DNA of 14,980 nucleotides from Promethearchaeota archaeon (GCA_048940645.1 JBHLOI010000074.1:1-14980); one strand, 5' to 3'; positions 1-8,212 are shown, counted from the stretch's first letter. Notes: a model not told the origin generated them from the letters alone. A program made the numbers and translations.

Positions 1-74
1 GGATTTGAACCCCCGAACCCCTACGAGACTGGATTCTGAGTCCAGCGCCTTTGTCCAGACTTGGCAATTCCCGC
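1..74 (-). tRNA. tRNA-Leu(CAG), 3' end truncated by the window edge
   Basis: The reverse complement folds as GCGGGAA (acceptor 5' strand), TT, GCC-AAGTCTGGACAAA-GGC (D arm), G, CTGGA-CTCAGAA-TCCAG (anticodon arm, CAG), TCTC-GTAG-GGGTTC (long variable arm with the GUAG loop typical of archaeal tRNA-Leu), GGGGG-TTCAAAT-CC... (T arm running off the window). No intron. Confidence 0.95.
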
Positions 75-258
75 TTAATTTTAATTCAATGTTTATTTTG
101 ATTTTATCATAAAAATACATTTTATAAGATTAATTAATTGATTATTACATGAATTATAAAATTCTTGAGAACACCTATCCATTTTAATACAAAAAATAAT
201 AATATATTATTAAAACTAATAAGTAATATAGACTTGAATACTATTTTTTTAATTTAAT

Positions 259-990
259 ATGTCAAACAAACCACCATCTTCAAGCATTGAAGAAAAAAAG
301 GAAGAGGAGAAGGTAAGTAGAAAAGAACAATCTATAATTGTCTACCAATTTAATGATCAAATTGGAGATTTTGAAGAATTAATAATTGATCCTGAGATCG
401 AATTGAAGGATCTATTGGATGATGATTTTATCCTTCTTTTTATTGACCCAAAACATTATCGAGTATGGTTATGGCATGGGTATAATACAACGACTAGAAT
501 GAAGTTTATTGCCGCTAAAATGGCATCTCCAATAAGAGATAAACATGGTATTGCTTTTAAAATAACAACAGTAGACCAAGATAATGAAACAATTGCGTTT
601 AAAGTTATGTTAGGACTAGAAGAAGAAATTGATTATAAAGTAGTTCAAACTGGACCTGCATATGAAGGGACTGAAGAAGATCTTGAATTATTAGAATCAT
701 TATCTAGAGAAAAGATCCTTTTAATACTTGAAAAAGCAGGTCTCCCTGAAGGTTATGAGAGAAAAATGGTTATTGTAAAAAACAAATTATTCGGATACAA
801 AGAGTATGACCGAAATTATCTAGGATCTGTCATCAAAGAAAAACAATTATTTCCATTAAAAGAGGAAGTTGAAGACGGTGCTTATTTAGCTGAAAACTAC
901 GTACCTAGGATGCTTCTCTCTTATAATAATGTTATTCTGACAGAGCTTTTACAAAAAGTAGAAGTTGAAGACAGTATAAAAAAGAATTAA
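259..990 (+). CDS. Single gelsolin-like domain protein with a C-terminal extra domain (Asgard 1DGelX-like architecture)
   Basis: About residues 25-120 follow the gelsolin-repeat pattern: LLDDDFILLFID (D + hydrophobic strand + D), VWLWHG (cf. IYVWxG), long helix TTTRMKFIAAKMASPIRD, and VDQDNETIAFKVMLG (cf. vxqGxExxxFxxxxg). An acidic linker and a ~100-aa non-gelsolin domain follow. The 1DGelX assignment rests on architecture only. Confidence 0.75.
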   Translation: MSNKPPSSSIEEKKEEEKVSRKEQSIIVYQFNDQIGDFEELIIDPEIELKDLLDDDFILLFIDPKHYRVWLWHGYNTTTRMKFIAAKMASPIRDKHGIAFKITTVDQDNETIAFKVMLGLEEEIDYKVVQTGPAYEGTEEDLELLESLSREKILLILEKAGLPEGYERKMVIVKNKLFGYKEYDRNYLGSVIKEKQLFPLKEEVEDGAYLAENYVPRMLLSYNNVILTELLQKVEVEDSIKKN

Positions 991-1005
991 ATTAATCATT
1001 TGATT

Positions 1006-1149
1006 ATGAGTTACCGAAGAACTCGAAAAATTAGAAAAAGTACACTTAAAAGGAAGAAGAGAAAGAGGCAAATTGCATTTCTGATTTTTTTTATTTTATT
1101 TATTGGAGTTCTTGCCAGTGTAGCAATAATAATTTTATCCGTACCTTAA
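1006..1149 (+). CDS. Small polybasic single-pass membrane protein, 47 aa (not in the ORF track)
   Basis: Manual translation: MSYRRTRKIRKSTLKRKKRKRQIAFLIFFILFIGVLASVAIIILSVP*. The ATG lies 15 nt after the gelsolin stop. 13 of the first 21 residues are K/R, followed by 25 uncharged, mostly hydrophobic residues. It fills the gap between two genes. Confidence 0.65.
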   Translation: MSYRRTRKIRKSTLKRKKRKRQIAFLIFFILFIGVLASVAIIILSVP

Positions 1150-1176
1150 AATGAGAATTTAAAATATAAAATAACT

Positions 1177-2715
1177 TTATTTATCACTCTCTTTAATCTC
1201 TATACCATCTGGTAATGTAATTTTTGATACCGTTAAGCCCTCTGCTTTTTTATAATCATCAAATGTTCTAGATTCAACGATTTTTATAAAGTAAAGCAAT
1301 TCATTATCTAAATCTCTAGGTAATTCGTTAGGTTTATGAGCTTGAAGGATTTGGTCTACTTTTTCCCGTGCACGAGTTATGATATCTTTAGCACCTTTCT
1401 TATACCACGTAGTACGTCTACTTCGATCTAATAATTTAGGGAAGTACAATTCTGATTTCATGTGATCTCGAGTATGTTTTTCAGCTAAGAAATTAACTCC
1501 CTTTTTTTCACTGGTAGCAACTTTCTTAATAACATCCAATCCTATTGTGACCTCATTTACTGTAATTCCTTCAATTGCTCTTTGTACCATCCCGGCAAGT
1601 TCATCATCTATTACTAATAATTCCAAAGCTTCGACCAATGTGGCTTCATATGTTCCCGCACAAGTGATATAATTCACTCCTGCTTGGGCTGCTAACATTA
1701 AAGTTTGTAAGCGCTCAACTCCATTTTGCATATCTAGAACTTTAGAATCTGTACCACCACCAGGACCTCGTGAGGGAATATTGTAAAAACGTGCTAGCTG
1801 CGCAATTCCAGCTGTAATTAATCCCATTTCAGGAGAACCCATCGCAGAATTTCCAGTACGCATATCTGTTATATGAGATACAGTTCCAAAAAATATTGGA
1901 GCACCAGGATTAAATATTTGGGAAAGGACTATACTTCCAAGGATTTCAGCATTAGTTTGAGTCAATAATCCCGCTAATGTTACTGGGGCAGATGCGCCTG
2001 CAAGTGCCTCTGGTGCAATAATGGTTGGTTGTTTATATTTTGTGAAAATTGAAAAACCATTAGTCATGATTTGTGGCAGATGTAAAGGGCTTGTTGGATT
2101 CATAAATCCAACTAACCTAGGTCTTTTTATTAATTCCTCATCTCCACCAACGATCATTGATGTCATTTTCATCATGTCTGTGCTCGCTAATTTACCAAGG
2201 CAGCCCAATCCGTATGGTTTTTTAGTATTTTTCGCCCATTGATAAATACAATGGACATGAATAGTAATGTATGAAATATCATTAGGCCACACGTCAATAT
2301 GTGAACATAAAATATTCTCTAGAGAATCAACGATTTTTATTTGTTGAATAGTATCAGAAAAAAGAGTTTTTCTCACTCCCTTTTTCTGCATTGGATCATA
2401 AATCTTTACTGGAGTCCCAATAGTGGCAAAAATAGTATCTTTTGTGTTAACTTCAAAATTAAATTTTCCATTGGGACCATATAGTCTAAAATGATCTGGA
2501 ACTATTTTCAATTTTTCTCTTATTAGTGATTCTGAAAATTTAACAAATCCGCTTTCATTATCTACTTCAGCACCATTTTCTTTAAGAAGATTCCTTGTAT
2601 CTTGGGCATCAATTTTCATTCCGACATCTGTTAATAATTGTATGGATGCCGAATGGATTTCTTGGATTTCATCTTTTGAAAAAACTTCAATCTTTCTTAA
2701 TTTCATTTTTTTCAT
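1177..2715 (-). CDS. mttB: MttB-superfamily (trimethylamine methyltransferase family) corrinoid methyltransferase, non-pyrrolysine, paralog 1
   Basis: Family motifs FSKDEIQEIHSASIQLLTDVG, NPTSPL, AGASAPVTLAGLLTQTNAE, DMRTG..MGSPE, QLARFYNIPSR, TDSKVLDMQNGVE, LVIDDE. No in-frame TAG. The true start may be Met4 (2706), by comparison with paralog 2. Confidence 0.92.
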   Translation of the reverse strand: MKKMKLRKIEVFSKDEIQEIHSASIQLLTDVGMKIDAQDTRNLLKENGAEVDNESGFVKFSESLIREKLKIVPDHFRLYGPNGKFNFEVNTKDTIFATIGTPVKIYDPMQKKGVRKTLFSDTIQQIKIVDSLENILCSHIDVWPNDISYITIHVHCIYQWAKNTKKPYGLGCLGKLASTDMMKMTSMIVGGDEELIKRPRLVGFMNPTSPLHLPQIMTNGFSIFTKYKQPTIIAPEALAGASAPVTLAGLLTQTNAEILGSIVLSQIFNPGAPIFFGTVSHITDMRTGNSAMGSPEMGLITAGIAQLARFYNIPSRGPGGGTDSKVLDMQNGVERLQTLMLAAQAGVNYITCAGTYEATLVEALELLVIDDELAGMVQRAIEGITVNEVTIGLDVIKKVATSEKKGVNFLAEKHTRDHMKSELYFPKLLDRSRRTTWYKKGAKDIITRAREKVDQILQAHKPNELPRDLDNELLYFIKIVESRTFDDYKKAEGLTVSKITLPDGIEIKESDK

Positions 2716-2719
2716 CCTT

Positions 2720-3364
2720 TTATTTTATGATTAAATTATTAATAAGTTCTACCGCCTCAATTGCATCATCTGCCCAACCATCTGCACCAATTTGTTCTGC
2801 CCAATCTTCCGAAGTAGGTGCTCCGCCTACAACTACAATATATTTATCTCTTAAACCTCTATTTTTTAATTCTTCAATGACTTGTCTTTGAAAATCCATA
2901 GACATTGTAAGTAAAGAAGATAATCCTATAACGTGTGCTCCGACCTCTTCAGCTTTAGAGATAAATTCATCGGCTGTTACTTCTACCCCTAAATTGAATA
3001 CCTCAAATCCATTAGCAAATAGAAAGGATCCTACTAGATCTTTCCCAATACTATGAACATCGCTTTCCACAGTTCCAATTACAACTTTCCCTAATGTTTC
3101 TTTTTTTCCTCCTAATTTTCTAATAGCAGGGTCTAAAACCCCATCAATAGCATCCTTTACTGTATCAGCTGCACCAATTAAATCTGGAAGGAAGATATCT
3201 TCATTTTCAAATTGATTACCAATAAATTTCATGATATTCCCAATAATTTTTAATAACTCTTCAGGACTAGCACGTTCTTTATTAATTAAGGATTTACACA
3301 TTTCTTTTAGTCCTTCTTTATCCCAATCTTCTACAAATTGTTTCATTTCCTCTTCAATAGACAT
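2720..3364 (-). CDS. Cognate corrinoid (cobalamin-binding) protein, MttC/MtbC-like
   Basis: N-terminal helical cap (IGNQFENEDIFLPDLIGAAD), then GTVESDVHSIGKDLV (DxHxxG), GLSSLLT (SxL) and VVGGAP of the B12-binding domain. Its stop lies 4 nt before the mttB paralog 1 start. Confidence 0.93.
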   Translation of the reverse strand: MSIEEEMKQFVEDWDKEGLKEMCKSLINKERASPEELLKIIGNIMKFIGNQFENEDIFLPDLIGAADTVKDAIDGVLDPAIRKLGGKKETLGKVVIGTVESDVHSIGKDLVGSFLFANGFEVFNLGVEVTADEFISKAEEVGAHVIGLSSLLTMSMDFQRQVIEELKNRGLRDKYIVVVGGAPTSEDWAEQIGADGWADDAIEAVELINNLIIK

Positions 3365-3542
3365 ATATTATCCCTAAATTATTGCGAAATTAATTTATTA
3401 ATTAAATTAAGTATTTTAAAAAATTATTTGTTATTTTATATTTCCTATCTTTAATATCTATTATGAAAAATTAATAGAAATGATAAATTACATCAAATCA
3501 TATTTTATTTAATCAAATAAGACTTATTATTGAGATATTTTT
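3365..3542. promoter_or_regulatory. Divergent promoter region between the corrinoid-mttB1 and mttB2-lyase operons
   Basis: A 178-nt, very AT-rich gap between head-to-head start codons. It holds several TATA-like words, but none can be singled out. Confidence 0.5.
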
Positions 3543-5048
3543 ATGAATTTAAAGCAATTAGAAGTATTATCAAAAGATGAGATTGAGCTAATTCATTCAA
3601 ATACTCTAAATTTACTAGAAGAGATTGGGGTAAAAGTTGAATCCGATGAAGCACAGGAGTTATTGGAAGAAAATGGATGTGTATTAGCAGAGAATCATTT
3701 TATTAAGTTCCCAGAAAATCTTGTCAAAGAACAATTAAAAAAAGTCCCTCTACTATTTTCTTTATGGGGGCCAGATGAGTCATTTAGCTTTGAAGTTAAC
3801 ACAAAAGATACTGTTTTTGCAACGGTAGGTACTCCAGTAAAAATTTATGATCCCTCAATGAAAGGAGGAGTTCGTAAAACAATTTTAGAAGATACGATAA
3901 AACAAATACGTATAGTAGATAGTTTAAAAAACATAATGTGTTCACATGTAGATGTCTGGCCAAATGATATTCCATATTTAGAACTCCATTACCACACAAT
4001 TCGTGCATGGGCGAAAAACAGTTATAAGCCATATGGATTGGGTTGTTATGGAAGAGTTGCTTCCCAAGATATGATGAACCTAACATCTATTATTGTTGGG
4101 GGGGAAAAGGAGTTAATTAATAAACCAAGAATGATTGGGTTTTTTAATCCAACAAGTCCTCTAACGCTTACTAAGATTATGTTAAATGGGTTATTTATTT
4201 TTGCTAAGTATAAACAACCAACAATTATTGCTCCAGCTGCAAGTGCTGGATCGACAGCTCCGGTTACTTTAGCTGGATTATTAATACAATCCAATATGGA
4301 AACATTATCCTCGATTGTGTTGACACAGCTAATCAATCCTGGCGCACCAGTTCTTTATTCCACCATGAATGCCCCAATGGATCCTCCCACCGGGAATGTA
4401 GCTTGGGGATCTATAGAGACAGGTTTAATAACTGCAGGTGCAGCACAGTTAGCTCACTTTTATAATATTCCTTCAAGAGGTCCTGGAGCTGTAACCGAAT
4501 CAAAATGTTTTGACATTCAATGTGGATTTGAACGTTTTATGACCCTTTATTTGGCAGCTAATGCTGGAATTAATTATATTACATGTGCAGGTACTTATGA
4601 ATCCTCATTGGCAGAAGCGTTAGAATTATTAGTAATAGATGATGAGTTGATTGATATTGTAAAACGAGGGAGCAGTGGAATTAGAGTAGATGAGGAATCA
4701 TTAGCTATTAACGAGATTAAAAGAGTAGCGAAAGAAGGTAAAAATTATTTAATGTTGAAACATACTGCAAAAAACACTCGAAAGGAGATATTTGTGCCAA
4801 AACTAGTGGATCGAGATCGCCGGGGAATTTGGAGTAAAAATGGAAATAAAGATATTATAATGAGAGCTAGAGAAAAAGTTGATAAAATTCTTGAAACTCA
4901 AAATGGACCTGGGATTTCTTCAGAAATTGATGTCAAATTACAGGAGTATTATAAGCGAATTTGCTCTAGAACTTATGATGATTTTCGAAAAGCGGAAGGG
5001 ATGGAAAAATCAGATATTACCGAAGGGATAACAGGTTTGGAGGGATAA
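3543..5048 (+). CDS. mttB: MttB-superfamily corrinoid methyltransferase, non-pyrrolysine, paralog 2
   Basis: Same family motifs as paralog 1 (LSKDEIELIH, NPTSPL, APVTLAGLL, FYNIPSRGPG, ESKCFDIQCGFE, LVIDDE) and colinear with it over the full length. No in-frame TAG. Confidence 0.92.
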   Translation: MNLKQLEVLSKDEIELIHSNTLNLLEEIGVKVESDEAQELLEENGCVLAENHFIKFPENLVKEQLKKVPLLFSLWGPDESFSFEVNTKDTVFATVGTPVKIYDPSMKGGVRKTILEDTIKQIRIVDSLKNIMCSHVDVWPNDIPYLELHYHTIRAWAKNSYKPYGLGCYGRVASQDMMNLTSIIVGGEKELINKPRMIGFFNPTSPLTLTKIMLNGLFIFAKYKQPTIIAPAASAGSTAPVTLAGLLIQSNMETLSSIVLTQLINPGAPVLYSTMNAPMDPPTGNVAWGSIETGLITAGAAQLAHFYNIPSRGPGAVTESKCFDIQCGFERFMTLYLAANAGINYITCAGTYESSLAEALELLVIDDELIDIVKRGSSGIRVDEESLAINEIKRVAKEGKNYLMLKHTAKNTRKEIFVPKLVDRDRRGIWSKNGNKDIIMRAREKVDKILETQNGPGISSEIDVKLQEYYKRICSRTYDDFRKAEGMEKSDITEGITGLEG

Positions 5049-5050
5049 TC

Positions 5051-6331
5051 ATGGAAGAGGAAAAGAAAAAGACAATGGATGAAATAAATAAAGAATTACG
5101 GAAAGTATGGGATAATCAAAATTTTGATTCACAACAAATTAGAGCAGGGGAAGATCCATATCCTTCAACAGAAAATAGTCTTCGCTTACCAATTTATGCA
5201 ACTAAGTCTTATGTTTTTTCTTCTATGACAGAATTCTTGAAAAAGCATTACATCTATTCCAGAACTGAAAATCCGACTTTATATGCTCTAGATAAAAAAC
5301 TAGCTACATTACATGGTGGAGCTGATGCGGTATCCTTAGCATCAGGTATGGCAGCAATCCATCTTGTCTGTTCAAGTGTATTGCAACAAAGATTAAAAAG
5401 AATAAGACCTAAAAAGTTAGCAAAATATTACCCTCAGAGCCATCCAGAACAAATCCCAAATATTATTATGCATAAAAGCACATATACAGGAACGTATAGG
5501 CTTTTCATGAATCTATACCCTCAATTTGGGATAGAGCCTAAAATTATTGATATGAGAAACTTGGATAACGTAAAAGATGCAATAGATGACCAAACAAAGT
5601 TGATATTCATTGAAACTCCTGCTAACCCTACTCTTGATATAATTGATATTCAAAAATGCTCAGAGTTGATACATGATATAGGCGGAAAGTGTATTGTTGA
5701 TAATACATTTGCCTCACCAGCTTTACAAAAACCAATAGAATTAGGAGCAGATTTCGTTGTTGAAAGTTTAACAAAATACATAAATGGACATGGAGATGCT
5801 CTTGGTGGAGCGATAATTGGTCCCAAAAATGAATTACAGCATATAAGATATTTTTGGTTAGAAGTACAAGGACCTGTCCTAAGCCCTTTTAACGCTTGGC
5901 TTATTTTGAGAGGATGTAGAACATTAAGTGCTAGAATGGAACGTCATTGTTTAACAGCAATGAAAGTCGCTAAATTTTTAGAAAAACATCCCAAAGTAGC
6001 AAAGGTTGTTTATCCGGGATTAGAATCCCATCCTGAGCATGCTATTGCTAAAAAGCAAATGAAAGATTTTGGTGGAATGATTGGTTTTGAGTTAGATTCT
6101 ATGGATGCAAGTTATAAGTTTATAGATCTCCTAAAGTTTATTAAAGTGGGTGTTTCTCTAGGTGATACAACTTCGCTTATAGAATACACTTCTGTTATGA
6201 CCGGGTTTGATCTTGCCTCTTGGGAAAAGCAGATTATTCCTATTTCTGATGCACATTTTAGACTTTCTATTGGTTTAGAAGATGTCAATGATTTGATTAA
6301 GGATTTAGAACAAGCCCTTAATAAGTTGTAA
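5051..6331 (+). CDS. PLP-dependent Cys/Met-metabolism enzyme (methionine gamma-lyase / cystathionine lyase family), substrate uncertain
   Basis: YSRTENPT (YxRxxNPT), ASGMAAI, IETPANPT, VDNTFASP, ESLTKYINGHGD (PLP lysine), YPGLESHP, GVSLGD, FRLSIGLED. It starts 2 nt after the mttB2 stop. Confidence 0.9.
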   Translation: MEEEKKKTMDEINKELRKVWDNQNFDSQQIRAGEDPYPSTENSLRLPIYATKSYVFSSMTEFLKKHYIYSRTENPTLYALDKKLATLHGGADAVSLASGMAAIHLVCSSVLQQRLKRIRPKKLAKYYPQSHPEQIPNIIMHKSTYTGTYRLFMNLYPQFGIEPKIIDMRNLDNVKDAIDDQTKLIFIETPANPTLDIIDIQKCSELIHDIGGKCIVDNTFASPALQKPIELGADFVVESLTKYINGHGDALGGAIIGPKNELQHIRYFWLEVQGPVLSPFNAWLILRGCRTLSARMERHCLTAMKVAKFLEKHPKVAKVVYPGLESHPEHAIAKKQMKDFGGMIGFELDSMDASYKFIDLLKFIKVGVSLGDTTSLIEYTSVMTGFDLASWEKQIIPISDAHFRLSIGLEDVNDLIKDLEQALNKL

Positions 6332-6360
6332 TTTAAAAGAGTTATAAAAATAAAAAAAAG

Positions 6361-7734
6361 TTAATTAGAATTTATTCTTTTTTCTTTTTCTTTATGCAGT
6401 TCCATTAGTTTTGACTTTATTTCTTCTACTTTTGGTTTTGAAAATGGGTAGAAATATAAACATATCAACAAAATACCTAATGCTATACCAGGAATTACAA
6501 TAAATAGCAACCTTAGTCCGAATTTTACATCTATTAATGGATCATATACTTCCCAATCGCTTTGAACAAAGACTAAACCTATTGTTACAATTGATAAAAT
6601 CATTGATAATCTCATAAAAAAATTGGTTACTCCAAAAAATGTTCCCTCATGTCTCACACCTGTTTTTAACTCATCTTCGTCTATTACATCCGCTATAATT
6701 AAATAAATGAAATACAGCATACCACCAAATCCAATACCCATAAAAATAGCAATAACCACGGCAATTTCATATAGTTCAACAAACATTAGGGGCAATGAAG
6801 CTATAAAATACGCGACAACCGATATCGCTAAACCTTTTCTTGAACCAATTTTTAAATCCAACCATTTCCAAAGAATTACAGATAAAGCACCCATGATATA
6901 CATAATCCCCATTATAATAGATGTTTGAAAAGGGTCGCTGTCTAAAATTTGTTTCCCGAAGATTTGAATCAGTGTAGCAAGAAGTAAAAGCACATATTCA
7001 TAGAGAAAAAACATTATTGTATATAGGATAAAACCTTTATTCTTAAATGAATATTTTACACCTTCAAAGAATTTGAATGATTTTTGATAATCTAATTTAA
7101 ATTCTTTTCTTTCGGTTACTCCCCATTTTAATGAAATTATCAACGAAATTGCGACAATTATGGATGTTACTATTCCATTTAGTAAATATGAAGTGGTATC
7201 ATTATCAACAATAAAGCCTGGAACTAATGCTGCTGCTAATAGTCCTAATACTGCGAGCAATTGCTTAATTGTATTTACTTCAGACCTTTCTTCTAGAGTC
7301 GTATATAATTCAGGGAATAAACTATCAAATGGAAGAGCAATCATTGTATAAAATGTATCATAGCAAAGGAGCATAATGAGTAAATATATAAAAGTAAAAA
7401 ATTGATTGCCTGTTGGAGGGAGCCATATAATAATTTCTAGAATTAACATCGGAATAGTACCAAGCATAATATAAGGTTTTCTACGTCCCCATCGAGTTTT
7501 TGTACGATCTGATAAATATCCAATGAAAGGATCATTAAAAGCGTTCCATAATGTCCAAATTACTGCAGCAAGTACATACCAATTGATATTTAAGCCAACA
7601 ACAGTGAAATAATAGGTAAAAACCCAAATATTAAAAGCCGTGTTTATAAACCACTGAGCAAAGCTCCCCATTCCAAAACTCCATTTTTGTCCCTTACTGA
7701 ACCTAGACTTTTGATTACTTATTTCTTCACTCAT
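6361..7734 (-). CDS. MFS transporter, glycoside-pentoside-hexuronide (GPH/MelB-like) family
   Basis: About 12 hydrophobic segments, with WNAFNDPFIGYLSDRTKTRWGRRKPY, PELYTTLEERSEV and IIADVIDEDELKTGVRHEGTFFG, all GPH-type signatures. Confidence 0.9.
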   Translation of the reverse strand: MSEEISNQKSRFSKGQKWSFGMGSFAQWFINTAFNIWVFTYYFTVVGLNINWYVLAAVIWTLWNAFNDPFIGYLSDRTKTRWGRRKPYIMLGTIPMLILEIIIWLPPTGNQFFTFIYLLIMLLCYDTFYTMIALPFDSLFPELYTTLEERSEVNTIKQLLAVLGLLAAALVPGFIVDNDTTSYLLNGIVTSIIVAISLIISLKWGVTERKEFKLDYQKSFKFFEGVKYSFKNKGFILYTIMFFLYEYVLLLLATLIQIFGKQILDSDPFQTSIIMGIMYIMGALSVILWKWLDLKIGSRKGLAISVVAYFIASLPLMFVELYEIAVVIAIFMGIGFGGMLYFIYLIIADVIDEDELKTGVRHEGTFFGVTNFFMRLSMILSIVTIGLVFVQSDWEVYDPLIDVKFGLRLLFIVIPGIALGILLICLYFYPFSKPKVEEIKSKLMELHKEKEKRINSN

Positions 7735-7884
7735 CTTATTTCCCTAATTAAATTTAATATAAATTTCTTTTAAAATAGAAATATATATTTTATTTTCTAT
7801 TAACTAAAATAAATAGTTGATCATTTATGGACTTCAAAATTATCTGGAATAGTTTTAAATGGGTATTTTTAAACTTGTATAATA

Positions 7885-8097
7885 CTATTCCTTTGAATAC
7901 TTTTCAATTATATAATTTTGAAGAGACCATGCATACTTTTCAAGATTAAGAATAAGAAGTTTTTGTTGAATTTCCCTCAAGTATGGTACATCTAATTCTA
8001 AAAATAATTTTCTTAAATTATCAATTGTGTCATAAATTCTCACAATAATATTCCAATCTTGAGCCCATTCCTCATCTTGAATTTCGGTTTGTTCCAT
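7885..8097 (-). CDS. Small helical hypothetical protein, 70 aa
   Basis: A stand-alone ORF filling an intergenic gap, with an amphipathic helical pattern and a TTATAAAA TATA-like element about 22-29 nt upstream on the same strand. No family recognised. Confidence 0.7.
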   Translation of the reverse strand: MEQTEIQDEEWAQDWNIIVRIYDTIDNLRKLFLELDVPYLREIQQKLLILNLEKYAWSLQNYIIEKYSKE

Positions 8098-8212
8098 TTT
8101 GGTGTATAATGTAAATTATTTTATAATATGCCCATAAGATGGGGTTTTATGAATTTTATATCAATCCACATTAAAAAATGTTTAGATATTTATGATTTAG
8201 TAATTTTGAAAT

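Noticed and set aside
1-258. tRNA-anchored genomic island or mobile element
   Set aside because: The window lies on the 5' side of the tRNA, and no integrase, transposase or duplicated tRNA fragment was seen.
2021-4336. Antisense ORFs 2021..2242 (+) and 4046..4336 (-) resemble each other (VGCLY, INSxSPPTIIDV)
   Set aside because: They are the opposite-strand shadows of the same conserved segment in the two mttB paralogs, so the similarity is not independent evidence of coding.
1177-5048. Pyrrolysine read-through or true trimethylamine methyltransferase activity
   Set aside because: Both ORFs are full length with no in-frame TAG, and no pyl genes are in the window.
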